Of a DNA stretch of 64,000 nt, positions 10,875 to 20,319 are shown one piece after another. Position numbers and translations under genes: made by a program. The notes below the pieces were generated by a model. That model ran no database searches and had not been told where the DNA came from. It saw only the letters and a program-made list of their open reading frames with translations. The stretch's first letter is position 1, and every line of letters begins with the position of its first letter. Source of the stretch: an uncultured Burkholderiaceae bacterium (GTDB taxonomy: Bacteria > Pseudomonadota > Gammaproteobacteria > Burkholderiales > Burkholderiaceae); contig CAXYYC010000010.1 in the NCBI GenBank assembly GCA_964293815.1, positions 203 through 64,202 on the forward strand, written 5' to 3'.

Positions 10875-11048
10875 CTACCGCGAAAACCAAAGCCCAATTA
10901 TTACTTGGATGATGAGTAAAAGCGGTAACAGCCCATATAAATACGCAATCGAGAAAAAGAACAATAAGTAGTTATTGGACTCACTAAATCGCTCTGTTCC
11001 CAATACCCACCAAATTAACGGCGGAATACCTAATAAGCCCGCAGTCAT
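10875..11048 (-). CDS. Possible small two-TM membrane protein (57 aa)
   Basis: Internal ATG of the 10875..11183 ORF, which avoids overlap with polA. Sequence MTAGLLGIPPLIWWVLG...LLPLLLIIQVIIGLWF. No clear RBS, so the call is speculative. Confidence 0.25.
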   Translation of the reverse strand: MTAGLLGIPPLIWWVLGTERFSESNNYLLFFFSIAYLYGLLPLLLIIQVIIGLWFSR

Positions 11049-11101
11049 AATCGGCCAGAAAATCTGTCGAATTCTATGCCATTTCGGCTCGCACTCCGTT
11101 C

Positions 11102-14008
11102 TCAATGCGCCGCTTCCCAATTCGCACCCACACCCACTTCTGCGACCAGTGGCACAGAGAGTTCTGCAACCTGCGCCATACACTCTGGAATCAAGTGTTT
11201 GAGTAAATCCGTTTCCGCAGTCGGTACTTCGAGCACGAGTTCGTCATGCACCTGCATGATGAGTTTCGCGCCGAGTTGGCGTTCATCCAGTTCGCGCTGT
11301 ACGCGTATCATGGCCAGTTTGATGAGGTCAGCGGAGGTGCCTTGCATCGGTGCATTGATCGCGGCGCGTTCGGCGCCTTGGCGTTTGCCTTGATTGCGGT
11401 TGTGAATATCGGGCAGGTAGAGACGGCGACCAAAATGTGTTTGCACATAGCCGTGTTCGCGCGCGAATTGTTTGGTCGTTTCCATAAATTGCAGCACCGA
11501 TGGGTATTGCACGAAGTATTGATCCATATATTGCTGCGCGGCGGTACGCGAAATGCCGAGGTTGTTGGCCAAGCCAAATGCGCTCATGCCGTAAATCAGG
11601 CCGAAGTTGATGACTTTGGCCATGCGCCGTTGATCGAACGAGACTTCTTTTAAATCTACGCCGAATATCTGTGCGGCAGTACGCGCGTGGACGTCTTCAC
11701 TTTTTTGAAATGCGTCAAGCAATCCGGGGTCTTGCGAGAGGTGCGCGAGAATGCGCAGTTCGATCTGCGAGTAGTCGGCGGACATCATGACGCTGCCCTG
11801 CGGCGGGATGAAGGCGGTGCGAATCTTGCGCCCGAGTTCGGTTCGCACGGGGATGTTTTGTAAATTCGGTTCGTTCGACGACAGGCGACCGGTGACAGCA
11901 ACGGCTTGCGCGTAGTTGGTATGCACGCGGCCAGTGCTCGGTTCGATCATGCTCGGCAGTGTGTCGGTATAGGTGGATTTGAGTTTGGACAGGCTGCGGT
12001 ATTCGAGCATGGCTTTGGGCAGCGGGTAGTCTTCGGCAAGTTTTTGCAATACTTCTTCGTCGGTACTCGGCGCGCCTTTGCTGGTTTTTTTGACCACGGG
12101 CATACCGAGTTTTTCAAAGAATATTTCGCCGATTTGTTTCGGACTGTTCAAATTAAACGGTTGTCCGGCCAGCTCGTGTGCGGTTTTTTCCAGCGTCAAT
12201 AGCGCTTGTCCCAAATGGTGCGATTGCGCGTGTAATTCGTGTACGTCGAGCAAAACACCGTTGCGTTCCATACGATACAGCACTTCGGCGGTGGGCAATT
12301 CGATGTGTTCGTAGACGTATTTCAGCCCCGCATCGGCGGAAATTTTCGGGTACAAAATGGCGTGCAGCGCCATGCACAGCGCCGCATCCTCAACCGCGTA
12401 AGTGGCTGCGCGAACGATATCAACTTGCGCGAAGGGAATCTGGCTCGCGCCTTTGCCACACAAATCTTCATAGGACAAGCTGGAAACATGCATATAGCGC
12501 GCGGCAATCGCATCAAGTCGATGCGGCGCCGTTGAGTCAATCACATAGGATTGCAGCAAAGTATCGTGCACCACGCCGCGTAAAGTCACGCCATGATTGG
12601 CGAAAATATGGCGATCGTATTTCAAGTGTTGGCCAATTTTATGCTGCGCAGCGTCTTCCAGCCACGGTTTGAGCGCCGCTAAAACGGTGTCTAAATCCAA
12701 CTGCAACACAGACTGAGACTGTATGCCATCGTGCGCAACCGGCACATACCAGCCTGCGTCTCCTGCCACAGCAAAGGACAAGCCGACCAAGCGGGCTTTG
12801 AATGTGTTGAGCGATGTGGTTTCGGTATCGAGCGCAACCAGCGGCGCTTGAGTGATCTGCGTCAGCAGTTCATCCAGCAATTCAGGCGTGTTGACAATCG
12901 TGACTTTCGCCTGAAATGGTGTCAATTCGTGTGGCTGCGTGTTGTCCGAGCCACCAAAGCCCGCCGGTAAGCTCGCGGCTGCTGATGGTATTGATAAGGT
13001 TGATGAGTTCGATGTTGTGACTGCTGCTTGGTTCGGTTCAGGCGCAGCAAACAAATCATCGGTATGCGACGTCGCATTGGCTTTTTTTGCCGCAGTCGGC
13101 TCGATTGGCGCGCTGTCGTTGCTTTCGCCCAACTCTTTCAACCATGTTTTGAAACCCGCTCGGGTATAAATACTGTGTAATGCGCCGTGATCTGCGCCGT
13201 TGTAACGCACATTTTTCCAATCAGGCAACGACGGCGTGAGGTCTAAATCACGAACCACCGTGACCAGCCGTTTTGCCTGCGGAATCCAGTCCAGCGCGGC
13301 GCGCAGATTCTCCCCGACTTTACCTTTGACCGTGTCCGCCTGCGCAATGATGTTGTCCAATGTGCCGTATTCAGTCAGCCATTTCACCGCGGTTTTTGGC
13401 CCGACCTTGTCCACGCCGGGGACATTATCCACCGAGTCGCCCACCAAAGTCAGATAGTCAATCATGCGTTCGGGCGGCACGCCGAATTTGGCCGTCACGC
13501 CCGCTTCGTCCAGCGCATCACCGCTCATGGTGTTGAACCACAGCACCTCCGAATTGACCAATTGCGTTAAATCCTTGTCCCCTGTCGCCATCACGGTGCG
13601 CCAACCCGCTTGTTGCGCCCGTTCCGCCAACGTGCCAATCACATCGTCCGCCTCCACGCCATCCTGTATCACCACCGGCCAGCCAAGCGCACGGACGGCT
13701 TGCTCAATCGGCTCAATTTGCGCCACCAAGTCATCCGGCATTTTCGCGCGATTCGCCTTGTATTCAGGGTACCAATCATCGCGGAAGGTTTTGCCTTTCG
13801 CGTCAAACACGCACACCGCATGCTCGGTCGGGACGATATTGCGCAGGCGTTTCAGCATGGCAATCATGCCGTATAGCGCGCCGGTCGGCTCACCGGTCGG
13901 ACTGCGCAAATCGGGCAAGCCGTGATAAGCGCGGTATAAAAAACTGGATCCGTCCACCACCAAAAGGGTTTGTTGCGGATGATCTAAAAATTTGCTCAGT
14001 GTACTCAT
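11102..14008 (-). CDS. polA: DNA polymerase I
   Basis: 5'-nuclease domain (VVDGSSFLYRAYHG), 3'-5' exonuclease (ALDTETTSL) and polymerase motifs (DYSQIELRILAH, RRMAKVINFGLIYGMSAFGL, QVHDELVLEV). The first ATG is at 14008; the ORF-track start at 14014 is TTG. A roughly 70-aa low-complexity linker follows the 5'-nuclease domain. Confidence 0.97.
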   Translation of the reverse strand: MSTLSKFLDHPQQTLLVVDGSSFLYRAYHGLPDLRSPTGEPTGALYGMIAMLKRLRNIVPTEHAVCVFDAKGKTFRDDWYPEYKANRAKMPDDLVAQIEPIEQAVRALGWPVVIQDGVEADDVIGTLAERAQQAGWRTVMATGDKDLTQLVNSEVLWFNTMSGDALDEAGVTAKFGVPPERMIDYLTLVGDSVDNVPGVDKVGPKTAVKWLTEYGTLDNIIAQADTVKGKVGENLRAALDWIPQAKRLVTVVRDLDLTPSLPDWKNVRYNGADHGALHSIYTRAGFKTWLKELGESNDSAPIEPTAAKKANATSHTDDLFAAPEPNQAAVTTSNSSTLSIPSAAASLPAGFGGSDNTQPHELTPFQAKVTIVNTPELLDELLTQITQAPLVALDTETTSLNTFKARLVGLSFAVAGDAGWYVPVAHDGIQSQSVLQLDLDTVLAALKPWLEDAAQHKIGQHLKYDRHIFANHGVTLRGVVHDTLLQSYVIDSTAPHRLDAIAARYMHVSSLSYEDLCGKGASQIPFAQVDIVRAATYAVEDAALCMALHAILYPKISADAGLKYVYEHIELPTAEVLYRMERNGVLLDVHELHAQSHHLGQALLTLEKTAHELAGQPFNLNSPKQIGEIFFEKLGMPVVKKTSKGAPSTDEEVLQKLAEDYPLPKAMLEYRSLSKLKSTYTDTLPSMIEPSTGRVHTNYAQAVAVTGRLSSNEPNLQNIPVRTELGRKIRTAFIPPQGSVMMSADYSQIELRILAHLSQDPGLLDAFQKSEDVHARTAAQIFGVDLKEVSFDQRRMAKVINFGLIYGMSAFGLANNLGISRTAAQQYMDQYFVQYPSVLQFMETTKQFAREHGYVQTHFGRRLYLPDIHNRNQGKRQGAERAAINAPMQGTSADLIKLAMIRVQRELDERQLGAKLIMQVHDELVLEVPTAETDLLKHLIPECMAQVAELSVPLVAEVGVGANWEAAH

Positions 14009-14119
14009 AATCAAGGCACTCGTTTCAGGCGATCAAAAGGATACCCGAATCATACCGTAATCGCGTTAGACAGAATATGCTTTGCGCTATAATCGGCGCA
14101 TCTGTACACGGAGATCGCC

Positions 14120-15052
14120 ATGCACGCACCAACCACCGCCGAATTGAACCAAGCCTTTGCCATTGAGCAAAGCCACACGCAATTGCGTATCGAAAACGAT
14201 ATCGGCGAGTTTCCCATCATTCACCTGCGTAATGCCCATGCCGAAGCACGCATCAGCTTATACGGCGCACAAATTTTGCATTACAAGCCACACGACGCCG
14301 CGCACGACGTGCTGTTTCTCAGTGACAAAGCCATTTACCAATCGGGTAAAGCCATTCGCGGCGGTGCACCACTGTGCTGGCCGTGGTTTGGCGCCGATCC
14401 AGAGAATCAAGGTCGCCCCGCACACGGATTCGCACGCAACCGCCTGTGGCAACTGAATACAACAGAATCACTGAATGATGGCGCAACGCGCGTGGTGCTC
14501 CGATTAAACGATAGCCCCGACACACTGGCGCTCTGGCCGTACCATTTTCAACTCGAATTAGAGATTGTCGTCGGTAAAACACTCAAACTCAGCCTCAGCA
14601 CCCATAATCTGAGTGACCAGCCGATGACCATTTCCCAAGCGATTCACACCTATTTCGCCGTGGCTGATATCGCGCAAACTGAAGTATATGGCTTAGAACA
14701 ATTGCACTATGTGGATAAATCCAAAGCTGGACAAAATGCCCTGCGCACGCAAGACGGAAGTATCAAAGTGAAGCAAGAAGTTGACCGCATTTACCTCAAT
14801 AGCCCGCGCGCGATCCAGATTCATGATCAGGCATGGCAACGATGCATTCGGATTAACAGCAGCGGTAGCCAATCGACCGTGGTGTGGAATCCGTGGATAG
14901 AGATTACAGCGAATATGATCGATTTGAATAACGACGATTACCAACGCTTTATTTGCGTTGAAACTGCTAATGTCACCAATGATACAGCCATCATTGCGCC
15001 CAATGCCAGCCATAGACTGACAACTGAATATACCGTTGAGGCACTGTCGTAG
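14120..15052 (+). CDS. D-hexose-6-phosphate mutarotase (YeaD/aldose-1-epimerase family)
   Basis: 310 aa. Motifs KAIRGGAPLCWPWFG and PAHGFARNRLW. GGAGA lies upstream. Confidence 0.85.
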   Translation: MHAPTTAELNQAFAIEQSHTQLRIENDIGEFPIIHLRNAHAEARISLYGAQILHYKPHDAAHDVLFLSDKAIYQSGKAIRGGAPLCWPWFGADPENQGRPAHGFARNRLWQLNTTESLNDGATRVVLRLNDSPDTLALWPYHFQLELEIVVGKTLKLSLSTHNLSDQPMTISQAIHTYFAVADIAQTEVYGLEQLHYVDKSKAGQNALRTQDGSIKVKQEVDRIYLNSPRAIQIHDQAWQRCIRINSSGSQSTVVWNPWIEITANMIDLNNDDYQRFICVETANVTNDTAIIAPNASHRLTTEYTVEALS

Positions 15053-15111
15053 AACAACCAACTTAATCCATGATCAAGTGAATTCATTGCGGAACTATTA
15101 GCACATTGCGG

Positions 15112-15145
15112 AAAAATAAAAAACGGCTCACATCACTGTGAGCCG
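15112..15145 (-). terminator. Rho-independent terminator downstream of tRNA-Phe
   Basis: - strand: CGGCTCACA-GTGA-TGTGAGCCG followed by TTTTTTATTTTT. Confidence 0.75.
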
Positions 15146-15154
15146 CTTCAAATC

Positions 15155-15230
<76 letters not shown>

Positions 15231-15267
15231 ATCTCTCTCGTTTTCTTGCGAAAAATCAAGAATTGAG

Positions 15268-15296
15268 ATTATACAAGGCGTTTTATTTTTGGTCAA
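15268..15296 (-). promoter_or_regulatory. Near-consensus sigma70 promoter for tRNA-Phe
   Basis: - strand: TTGACC, then a 17-nt spacer (AAAAATAAAACGCCTTG), then TATAAT. The -10 element ends about 38 nt upstream of the mature tRNA 5' end. Confidence 0.6.
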
Positions 15297-15331
15297 TCAT
15301 TCCGTGAAAATATTTTTACACGGAATGATTG
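15294..15331. repeat. Perfect 13-bp inverted repeat CAATCATTCCGTG-N12-CACGGAATGATTG
   Basis: Read directly. It lies 10 nt downstream of the leuA stop. One arm overlaps the -35 of the tRNA-Phe promoter. It shares the ATTCCGTG core with the 20-bp motif family. Confidence 0.8.
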
Positions 15332-15340
15332 TCACCTTGT

Positions 15341-17050
15341 TTATGCCAACGCGCCATTGCGGTTCATCGCCGCAACAAAGGCGAGGAAAGAGGCCGTCAC
15401 GATGTTCGAATGTAAGCCCACGCCGTACGTTGGCGCTTGATCTGGATGCGCGACTTGCACATAGCAGACTGCCTCTTGCGAAGTATTGCCGACCTCTGGG
15501 TGAATGTCGTGTTGCGAGTATTGCGTCACCGAGAATTTCGTACCCAAAGTTTGATTCAATGCAGACGCGAATGCTGACAATGGACCATTGCCTTGACCCT
15601 TGATGACTTTTTCCTCACCGTTAATGACCATCGTTGCTGAGATGGTTTCCACACCATCTTGGTGCTCAATGCTGTGTTTGACGTAGCGTACCTTGTCGGA
15701 CGGTTCAACGAAGGTTTTGGTGAACACGCCGTAGATTTGTTCGCTGGTCAGTTCTTTACCGGTTTCATCGGCCAAGACTTGCACCGCGCGCGCCACTTCG
15801 ACTTGCAGCAAACGTGGCAGCTCAAAGCCGTAATCGCGTTCGAGCAAATAGGCCATGCCGCCCTTGCCTGACTGCGCATTCACACGAATCACCGCGTCAT
15901 AGCCACGACCCAAATCGGCGGGGTCAATCGGCAGATACGGCACTTCCCACATCACAGGTTCGCCACCTGCGGCATTTTGGCGCTCTTTCTGACGGGTCAA
16001 GCCTTTTTTGATCGCGTCTTGATGTGAGCCTGAGAATGCGGTGAATACGAGCTCGCCCGCCCACGGATGACGCGGGCTGACCGGCAGTTGCGTGCATTCT
16101 TCGACCACTTGCACCACTTCCATGATATTGGAGAAATCGACACCTGGATGAATGCCTTGTGACCACAGATTAACCGCGAGGTTGGCCAAACAAACATTAC
16201 CGGTGCGTTCGCCGTTACCAAACAAACAGCCTTCGACACGATCTGCACCGGCGAGCATACCAAGCTCGGCGCACGCCGTACCTGTGCCACGATCATTGTG
16301 GGGGTGCAGGCTAATCAGTACACTGTCGCGGTTCGGTAAATGTTTGTGGAAATATTCGACTTGGTCAGCGTAGACGTTGGGTGTAGAAACCTCAATCGTC
16401 GCGGGCAAATTGAAAATCATTTTGTTTTGTGGCGTCGCGCCCCAGCGCTCCATCACTGCCGCGCAAATTTCCACCGCGAAATCCGCCTCGGTCATGCTAA
16501 ACGTTTCCGGCGAATATTCGAGTTTCCATTCGGTTTGCGGATATTGTTTGACCGCCGCTTTGATGTCGTCAACTGCTTTGAGCGCGAGATCAATGGTTTC
16601 TTGGCGATTTTTACCAAACACCACTTCGCGGAACAATGGACTGGTCGCGTTGTACACGTGGACAATCGCGGTTTTTGCACCCGCCATCGCTTCAACCGTA
16701 CGGTTAATGAGGTCGGTACGTCCTTGCGTCAGTGCCTGAATCGTCACGCCATCGGGAATGCGATTTTCTTCGATCAGACGACGCACGAAGTCAAATTCAA
16801 TCTGCGACGCAGAAGGGAAACCAATTTCGATTTCTTTGTAACCCAGACGTACCAGCAAATCCCACAAGCGCAGTTTTTTCTCAATATCCATCGGATCGAT
16901 CAACGCTTGATTACCGTCGCGCAGATCGGTGGACAACCAGATGGGCGGCTGGGTCAATGTGTTGTTCGGCCATTGACGGTTTTCCAGTTTAATTTGCGGA
17001 TATGGGCGGTACTTCTTTGCCGGGTCTAAAGTTCGAAATGTGTCGTTCAT
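15341..17050 (-). CDS. leuA: 2-isopropylmalate synthase (long, about 570-aa form)
   Basis: PIWLSTDLRDGNQALIDPMD, LHPHNDRGTGTA and a C-terminal LeuA allosteric domain. Confidence 0.95.
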   Translation of the reverse strand: MNDTFRTLDPAKKYRPYPQIKLENRQWPNNTLTQPPIWLSTDLRDGNQALIDPMDIEKKLRLWDLLVRLGYKEIEIGFPSASQIEFDFVRRLIEENRIPDGVTIQALTQGRTDLINRTVEAMAGAKTAIVHVYNATSPLFREVVFGKNRQETIDLALKAVDDIKAAVKQYPQTEWKLEYSPETFSMTEADFAVEICAAVMERWGATPQNKMIFNLPATIEVSTPNVYADQVEYFHKHLPNRDSVLISLHPHNDRGTGTACAELGMLAGADRVEGCLFGNGERTGNVCLANLAVNLWSQGIHPGVDFSNIMEVVQVVEECTQLPVSPRHPWAGELVFTAFSGSHQDAIKKGLTRQKERQNAAGGEPVMWEVPYLPIDPADLGRGYDAVIRVNAQSGKGGMAYLLERDYGFELPRLLQVEVARAVQVLADETGKELTSEQIYGVFTKTFVEPSDKVRYVKHSIEHQDGVETISATMVINGEEKVIKGQGNGPLSAFASALNQTLGTKFSVTQYSQHDIHPEVGNTSQEAVCYVQVAHPDQAPTYGVGLHSNIVTASFLAFVAAMNRNGALA

Positions 17051-17094
17051 TTTGCACCTGTCTCTTGATTAAAAAATTTTGCAAACACCATAAC

Positions 17095-17273
17095 AAAAAA
17101 CCTCGGCACAGCGTTTGCTGAAAATTTGCCGAGGTTTGATTAACTTTGGATACTGAATGTTTCTGAGTGGTTTCCCTGTATCCTCAATTCGTACGCGCAA
17201 ACAACGGCTGGCATCTTAGCAACAAAGAAGCCAGCAATCGCAACGAGAAGAGAGGGATAAAAAATTCAGTCAT
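17095..17273 (-). promoter_or_regulatory. Candidate leucine attenuator: a 29-codon Leu-rich leader ORF (17184..17273) plus an intrinsic terminator (17095..17135)
   Basis: - strand ORF MTEFFIPLFSLRLLASLLLRCQPLFARTN has 8 Leu, including LL and LLL runs. It is followed by CCTCGGCA-N18-TGCCGAGG-TTTTTT, which ends 45 nt before the leuA ATG. The leader ATG has no convincing SD. Confidence 0.4.
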
Positions 17274-17357
17274 GCGCAAGACTATAACGTAAAAAAATTT
17301 ATTCGTCAAATAGGAAATAAAATCAATGAAATCAGCTGATTGGTAAACGCCACACGA

Positions 17358-17924
17358 CTACACATGCTCACGCAAAGTTGGATAAGCCGCTTTCAGATAC
17401 ACCACCATGGAAATCACCGTTAACGCGGCGGCGATGTAAATCAGCCATGTGCCAACCACGCGCGTATTGATGCCAAGCAAGACACCGTTATACAGCAACA
17501 TCGGCAACGCCACCATCTGCACCGCCGTTTTCCATTTGCCCAATTGATTGACCGCTACCGCCGTACGCGCGCCGATGCTCGCCATCCATTCACGCAAAGC
17601 GGAAATCGTAATTTCACGCCCAATGATAATCAGGGCAATCAAACCATGCACGCGCTGATCGTGTACCAGCACAATCAAACACGCCGCGACCAATAATTTG
17701 TCCGCAACCGGATCAAGAAACGCGCCAAAGGCACTGGTTTGATCCCATTTGCGTGCCAAATAGCCATCTAACCAATCGGTCACGGCTGCCCCCACAAACA
17801 ATATCGTGGCCAGCACATCGCGCATCATGGCGTAATTACTAAATGGCGCATAGTAAATCGCCACCAACAATGGAATAGCAATCACTCGCGCCCAAGTAAG
17901 CAAAATGGGGAAATTCATCGGCAT
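17358..17924 (-). CDS. pgsA: CDP-diacylglycerol--glycerol-3-phosphate 3-phosphatidyltransferase
   Basis: CDP-alcohol phosphatidyltransferase motif DGYLARKWDQTSAFGAFLDPVADK. 188 aa, polytopic. Confidence 0.93.
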   Translation of the reverse strand: MPMNFPILLTWARVIAIPLLVAIYYAPFSNYAMMRDVLATILFVGAAVTDWLDGYLARKWDQTSAFGAFLDPVADKLLVAACLIVLVHDQRVHGLIALIIIGREITISALREWMASIGARTAVAVNQLGKWKTAVQMVALPMLLYNGVLLGINTRVVGTWLIYIAAALTVISMVVYLKAAYPTLREHV

Positions 17925-17964
17925 AAACGCTTAACTTTCTGGTTAAATATAAAATGGATAAATA

Positions 17965-17984
17965 ATTAAGGAAACACGGAATAA
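17965..17984 (-). repeat. Copy of the 20-bp motif TTATTCCGTGTTTCCTTAAT (read on the - strand)
   Basis: Identical to 65..84. It lies between the uvrC stop and the pgsA start, 41 nt upstream of the pgsA ATG, and is co-oriented with pgsA. Confidence 0.7.
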
Positions 17985-17991
17985 TTGAATT

Positions 17992-19911
17992 TTAATCGCT
18001 TCGCCCGTCATCGTGTAACTGTTTGTAGATTTCTTGCGCTAATTTTTCCGAAATACCGTCAACTTGCGTCAAATCCTGCACACTGGCATTTTTCACACCG
18101 GCCAATCCGCCAAAACGTTTGAGCAAGGCCGAACGGCGTTTCGCCCCCACGCCTTCAACTTCTTCTAAACGCGACACATTGCGTGCTTTCGCGCGCGCCG
18201 CACGCATTCCCGTGATGGCGAAACGATGTGCTTCATCACGAATCTGCGCGATTAACATCAGCGCGGGCGAGAGTTTACCCAATTTCACTTCTGCTCGTCC
18301 ATCGGCAAAGACCAAGGTTTCCAAACCAACCCGCCGCCCTTCACCTTTGGCCACGCCAACCAGCACGCCCAAATCCAATCCCAAACCTTCAAACACCTCA
18401 CGCGCCACCGACAACTGCCCCTTGCCACCATCGACCAGCACCACGTCCGGCATGTGTTTGGCAAATTCGTCGTTGTCCTCGCGTTGCAACAGCGCGATTT
18501 TTTCGTAACGCCGCTGTAGCACCTGTTTCATCGCGGCATAGTCGTCGCCTGCGGTGATGTTTTTGATATTGTAGCGGCGATATTCATTATTCTGCATCGC
18601 GTGGTTGTGGTACACCACGCAGGAGGCTTGCGCCGCCTCGCCCGACGTGTGGCTGATGTCAAAACATTCGACGCGAAAATCTGACTTTTCTTCATCAGTC
18701 TCAAGCGTCATCTGTAAAACTTTGAGTAAATCCTCGGTGCGCGCCTTGGCGCTGGCGGATTCTTGTAGGCGCCGCATCAGTGCCAACTGCGCATTATTGA
18801 GCGCCATTTCCAACCAAATTTTGCGCTGCCCGCGTGGCTGTTTGACCCAAATCAATTGCCGTTCAATGCTCTCATGCAGTAATTCACGCACCATCACCGA
18901 TGGTGAAATCGCGCTGATCACCACGCGCGGCGCGGCGCTACTCAGATAATGCTGGGTGATGAATGCGTCCAATACGTCTTGTTCCGTACAATCCTGCGTG
19001 TGCTGAGGGAAAAAGGCTTTGTCGCCCAAATGTCGGCCACCACGCACCATTGCCAAATTGACGCAGTAGCGCGCATCCGACTGCGCCACGGCAATAATAT
19101 CGGCGTCGGTATCGTCACCGGTGGACTCCACGGCCTGCTGTTTCATCATACTGGACAGAGCCGCGATTTTGTCACGGTACAGCGCAGCGGATTCAAAATT
19201 TAATTCGCCTGCCGCGGTTTGCATTTTCGCCTGCAAATCATGCAACACCTCATCCGACTCGCCACGCAAAAATTTCACGCTGTCTGCCACATCCTCGGCA
19301 TAGCGTTGCGCATCAATCAACCCAACGCACGGCGCGCTACAACGGTCGATCTGATACAGCATACACGGGCGCGAGCGATTGCGATAAACCGTTTCGTCGC
19401 AGGTACGCAAGCGAAATACCTTTTGCAACAGTTTGATGCTTTCTTTGACCGCATAGCCGTTGGGAAACGGCCCAAAATATTGATGCACTTTATCCACCGC
19501 ACCACGGTAATAGACCATGCGCGGAAACTCATGCCGCGTCATTTTGAGAAACGGGTAGGATTTATCATCGCGAAACAAGATGTTGTAGCGCGGTGTGAGC
19601 GTCTTGATCAAATTATTTTCGAGCAATAACGCTTCTGTCTCGGTCCGCGTAACCGTAACATCCACACGCACCACTTTTTGCAACATCAGTACGATGCGAG
19701 GCGACAGCCCGACACGGTTTTGAAAATAGCTCGAAACGCGCTTTTTCAAATCCTTGGCCTTGCCCACATATAAAACCTCATCATTCACACCGATGTGACG
19801 ATACACGCCGGGCAAATGCGGCAAAGAAGCCAGTAATTCACTCGGATCAAACGCCTGAACCTCGCTTAGTGGTTCGGTAGATGATGCCTTGGTTGGTTCG
19901 ATTCTTGTCAT
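17992..19911 (-). CDS. uvrC: Excinuclease ABC subunit C
   Basis: GIY-YIG N-domain (PGVYRHIG...[13 protein letters not shown]), UVR domain, RNase-H-like endonuclease domain and a C-terminal (HhH)2. The first ATG is at 19911. The ORF-track start at 19926 is TTG, so the start is uncertain. Confidence 0.95.
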   Translation of the reverse strand: MTRIEPTKASSTEPLSEVQAFDPSELLASLPHLPGVYRHIGVNDEVLYVGKAKDLKKRVSSYFQNRVGLSPRIVLMLQKVVRVDVTVTRTETEALLLENNLIKTLTPRYNILFRDDKSYPFLKMTRHEFPRMVYYRGAVDKVHQYFGPFPNGYAVKESIKLLQKVFRLRTCDETVYRNRSRPCMLYQIDRCSAPCVGLIDAQRYAEDVADSVKFLRGESDEVLHDLQAKMQTAAGELNFESAALYRDKIAALSSMMKQQAVESTGDDTDADIIAVAQSDARYCVNLAMVRGGRHLGDKAFFPQHTQDCTEQDVLDAFITQHYLSSAAPRVVISAISPSVMVRELLHESIERQLIWVKQPRGQRKIWLEMALNNAQLALMRRLQESASAKARTEDLLKVLQMTLETDEEKSDFRVECFDISHTSGEAAQASCVVYHNHAMQNNEYRRYNIKNITAGDDYAAMKQVLQRRYEKIALLQREDNDEFAKHMPDVVLVDGGKGQLSVAREVFEGLGLDLGVLVGVAKGEGRRVGLETLVFADGRAEVKLGKLSPALMLIAQIRDEAHRFAITGMRAARAKARNVSRLEEVEGVGAKRRSALLKRFGGLAGVKNASVQDLTQVDGISEKLAQEIYKQLHDDGRSD

Positions 19912-19941
19912 AAAATCATTATTCAACGCAGGAGGGACGCA

Positions 19942-19995
19942 ATCAAGGAAACACGGAACAACTCCAACTGTGGGTAACTCCGTGTTTTCTCAAGT
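19942..19995. repeat. Two inverted near-copies of the motif core (GGAAACACGGAAC ... ACTCCGTGTTTTC)
   Basis: Read directly, immediately upstream of uvrC. AAACACGGA / TCCGTGTTT can pair as a 9-bp stem with a loop of about 23 nt. Confidence 0.65.
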
Positions 19996-20319
19996 ATACC
20001 CTCCAATCATTCCTGTATAAACGGCATAAGCTGGGATATGACATAACGCCCATAACCCCGCGCCAAACCGTTTCTATATATTTTTATGTAACCGATTTCA
20101 CGGCTATGATTGAAAATCTCGGTTTTACCCTAAATCTTTTGTGTTTTGAGCAACAAACGCCTGTATTTCCGCGCAAATCCCCTCCGAAAAGAAATTTCCT
20201 CAGTTAAAATGGCGACAAATTACAAATTTGTGACAAATATGAATTTGACATCAAATCAAGCTACATTTTTCTAACGTTTCACTTTACTCAACGAACCATT
20301 TACGAATAAAGGTTTTACC

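Noticed and set aside
16340-17029. 229-aa + strand ORF antisense to leuA. Similar shadow ORFs lie at 40649..41368 in the thiolase, 49885..50625 across pdxH/VOC, 28097..28672 in bamA and 54754..55323 in rmuC.
   Set aside because: They have the same shadow-frame composition and are fully contained in well-supported genes on the other strand.
20213-20250. Pho-box-like repeats (CGACAAAT, TGACAAAT, TGACATCA) upstream of the DUF47-PiT pair
   Set aside because: The half-site spacings (18 and 15 bp) do not follow the 11-bp periodicity of PhoB boxes, and the match to CTGTCAT is weak. I regard it as AT-rich promoter DNA.
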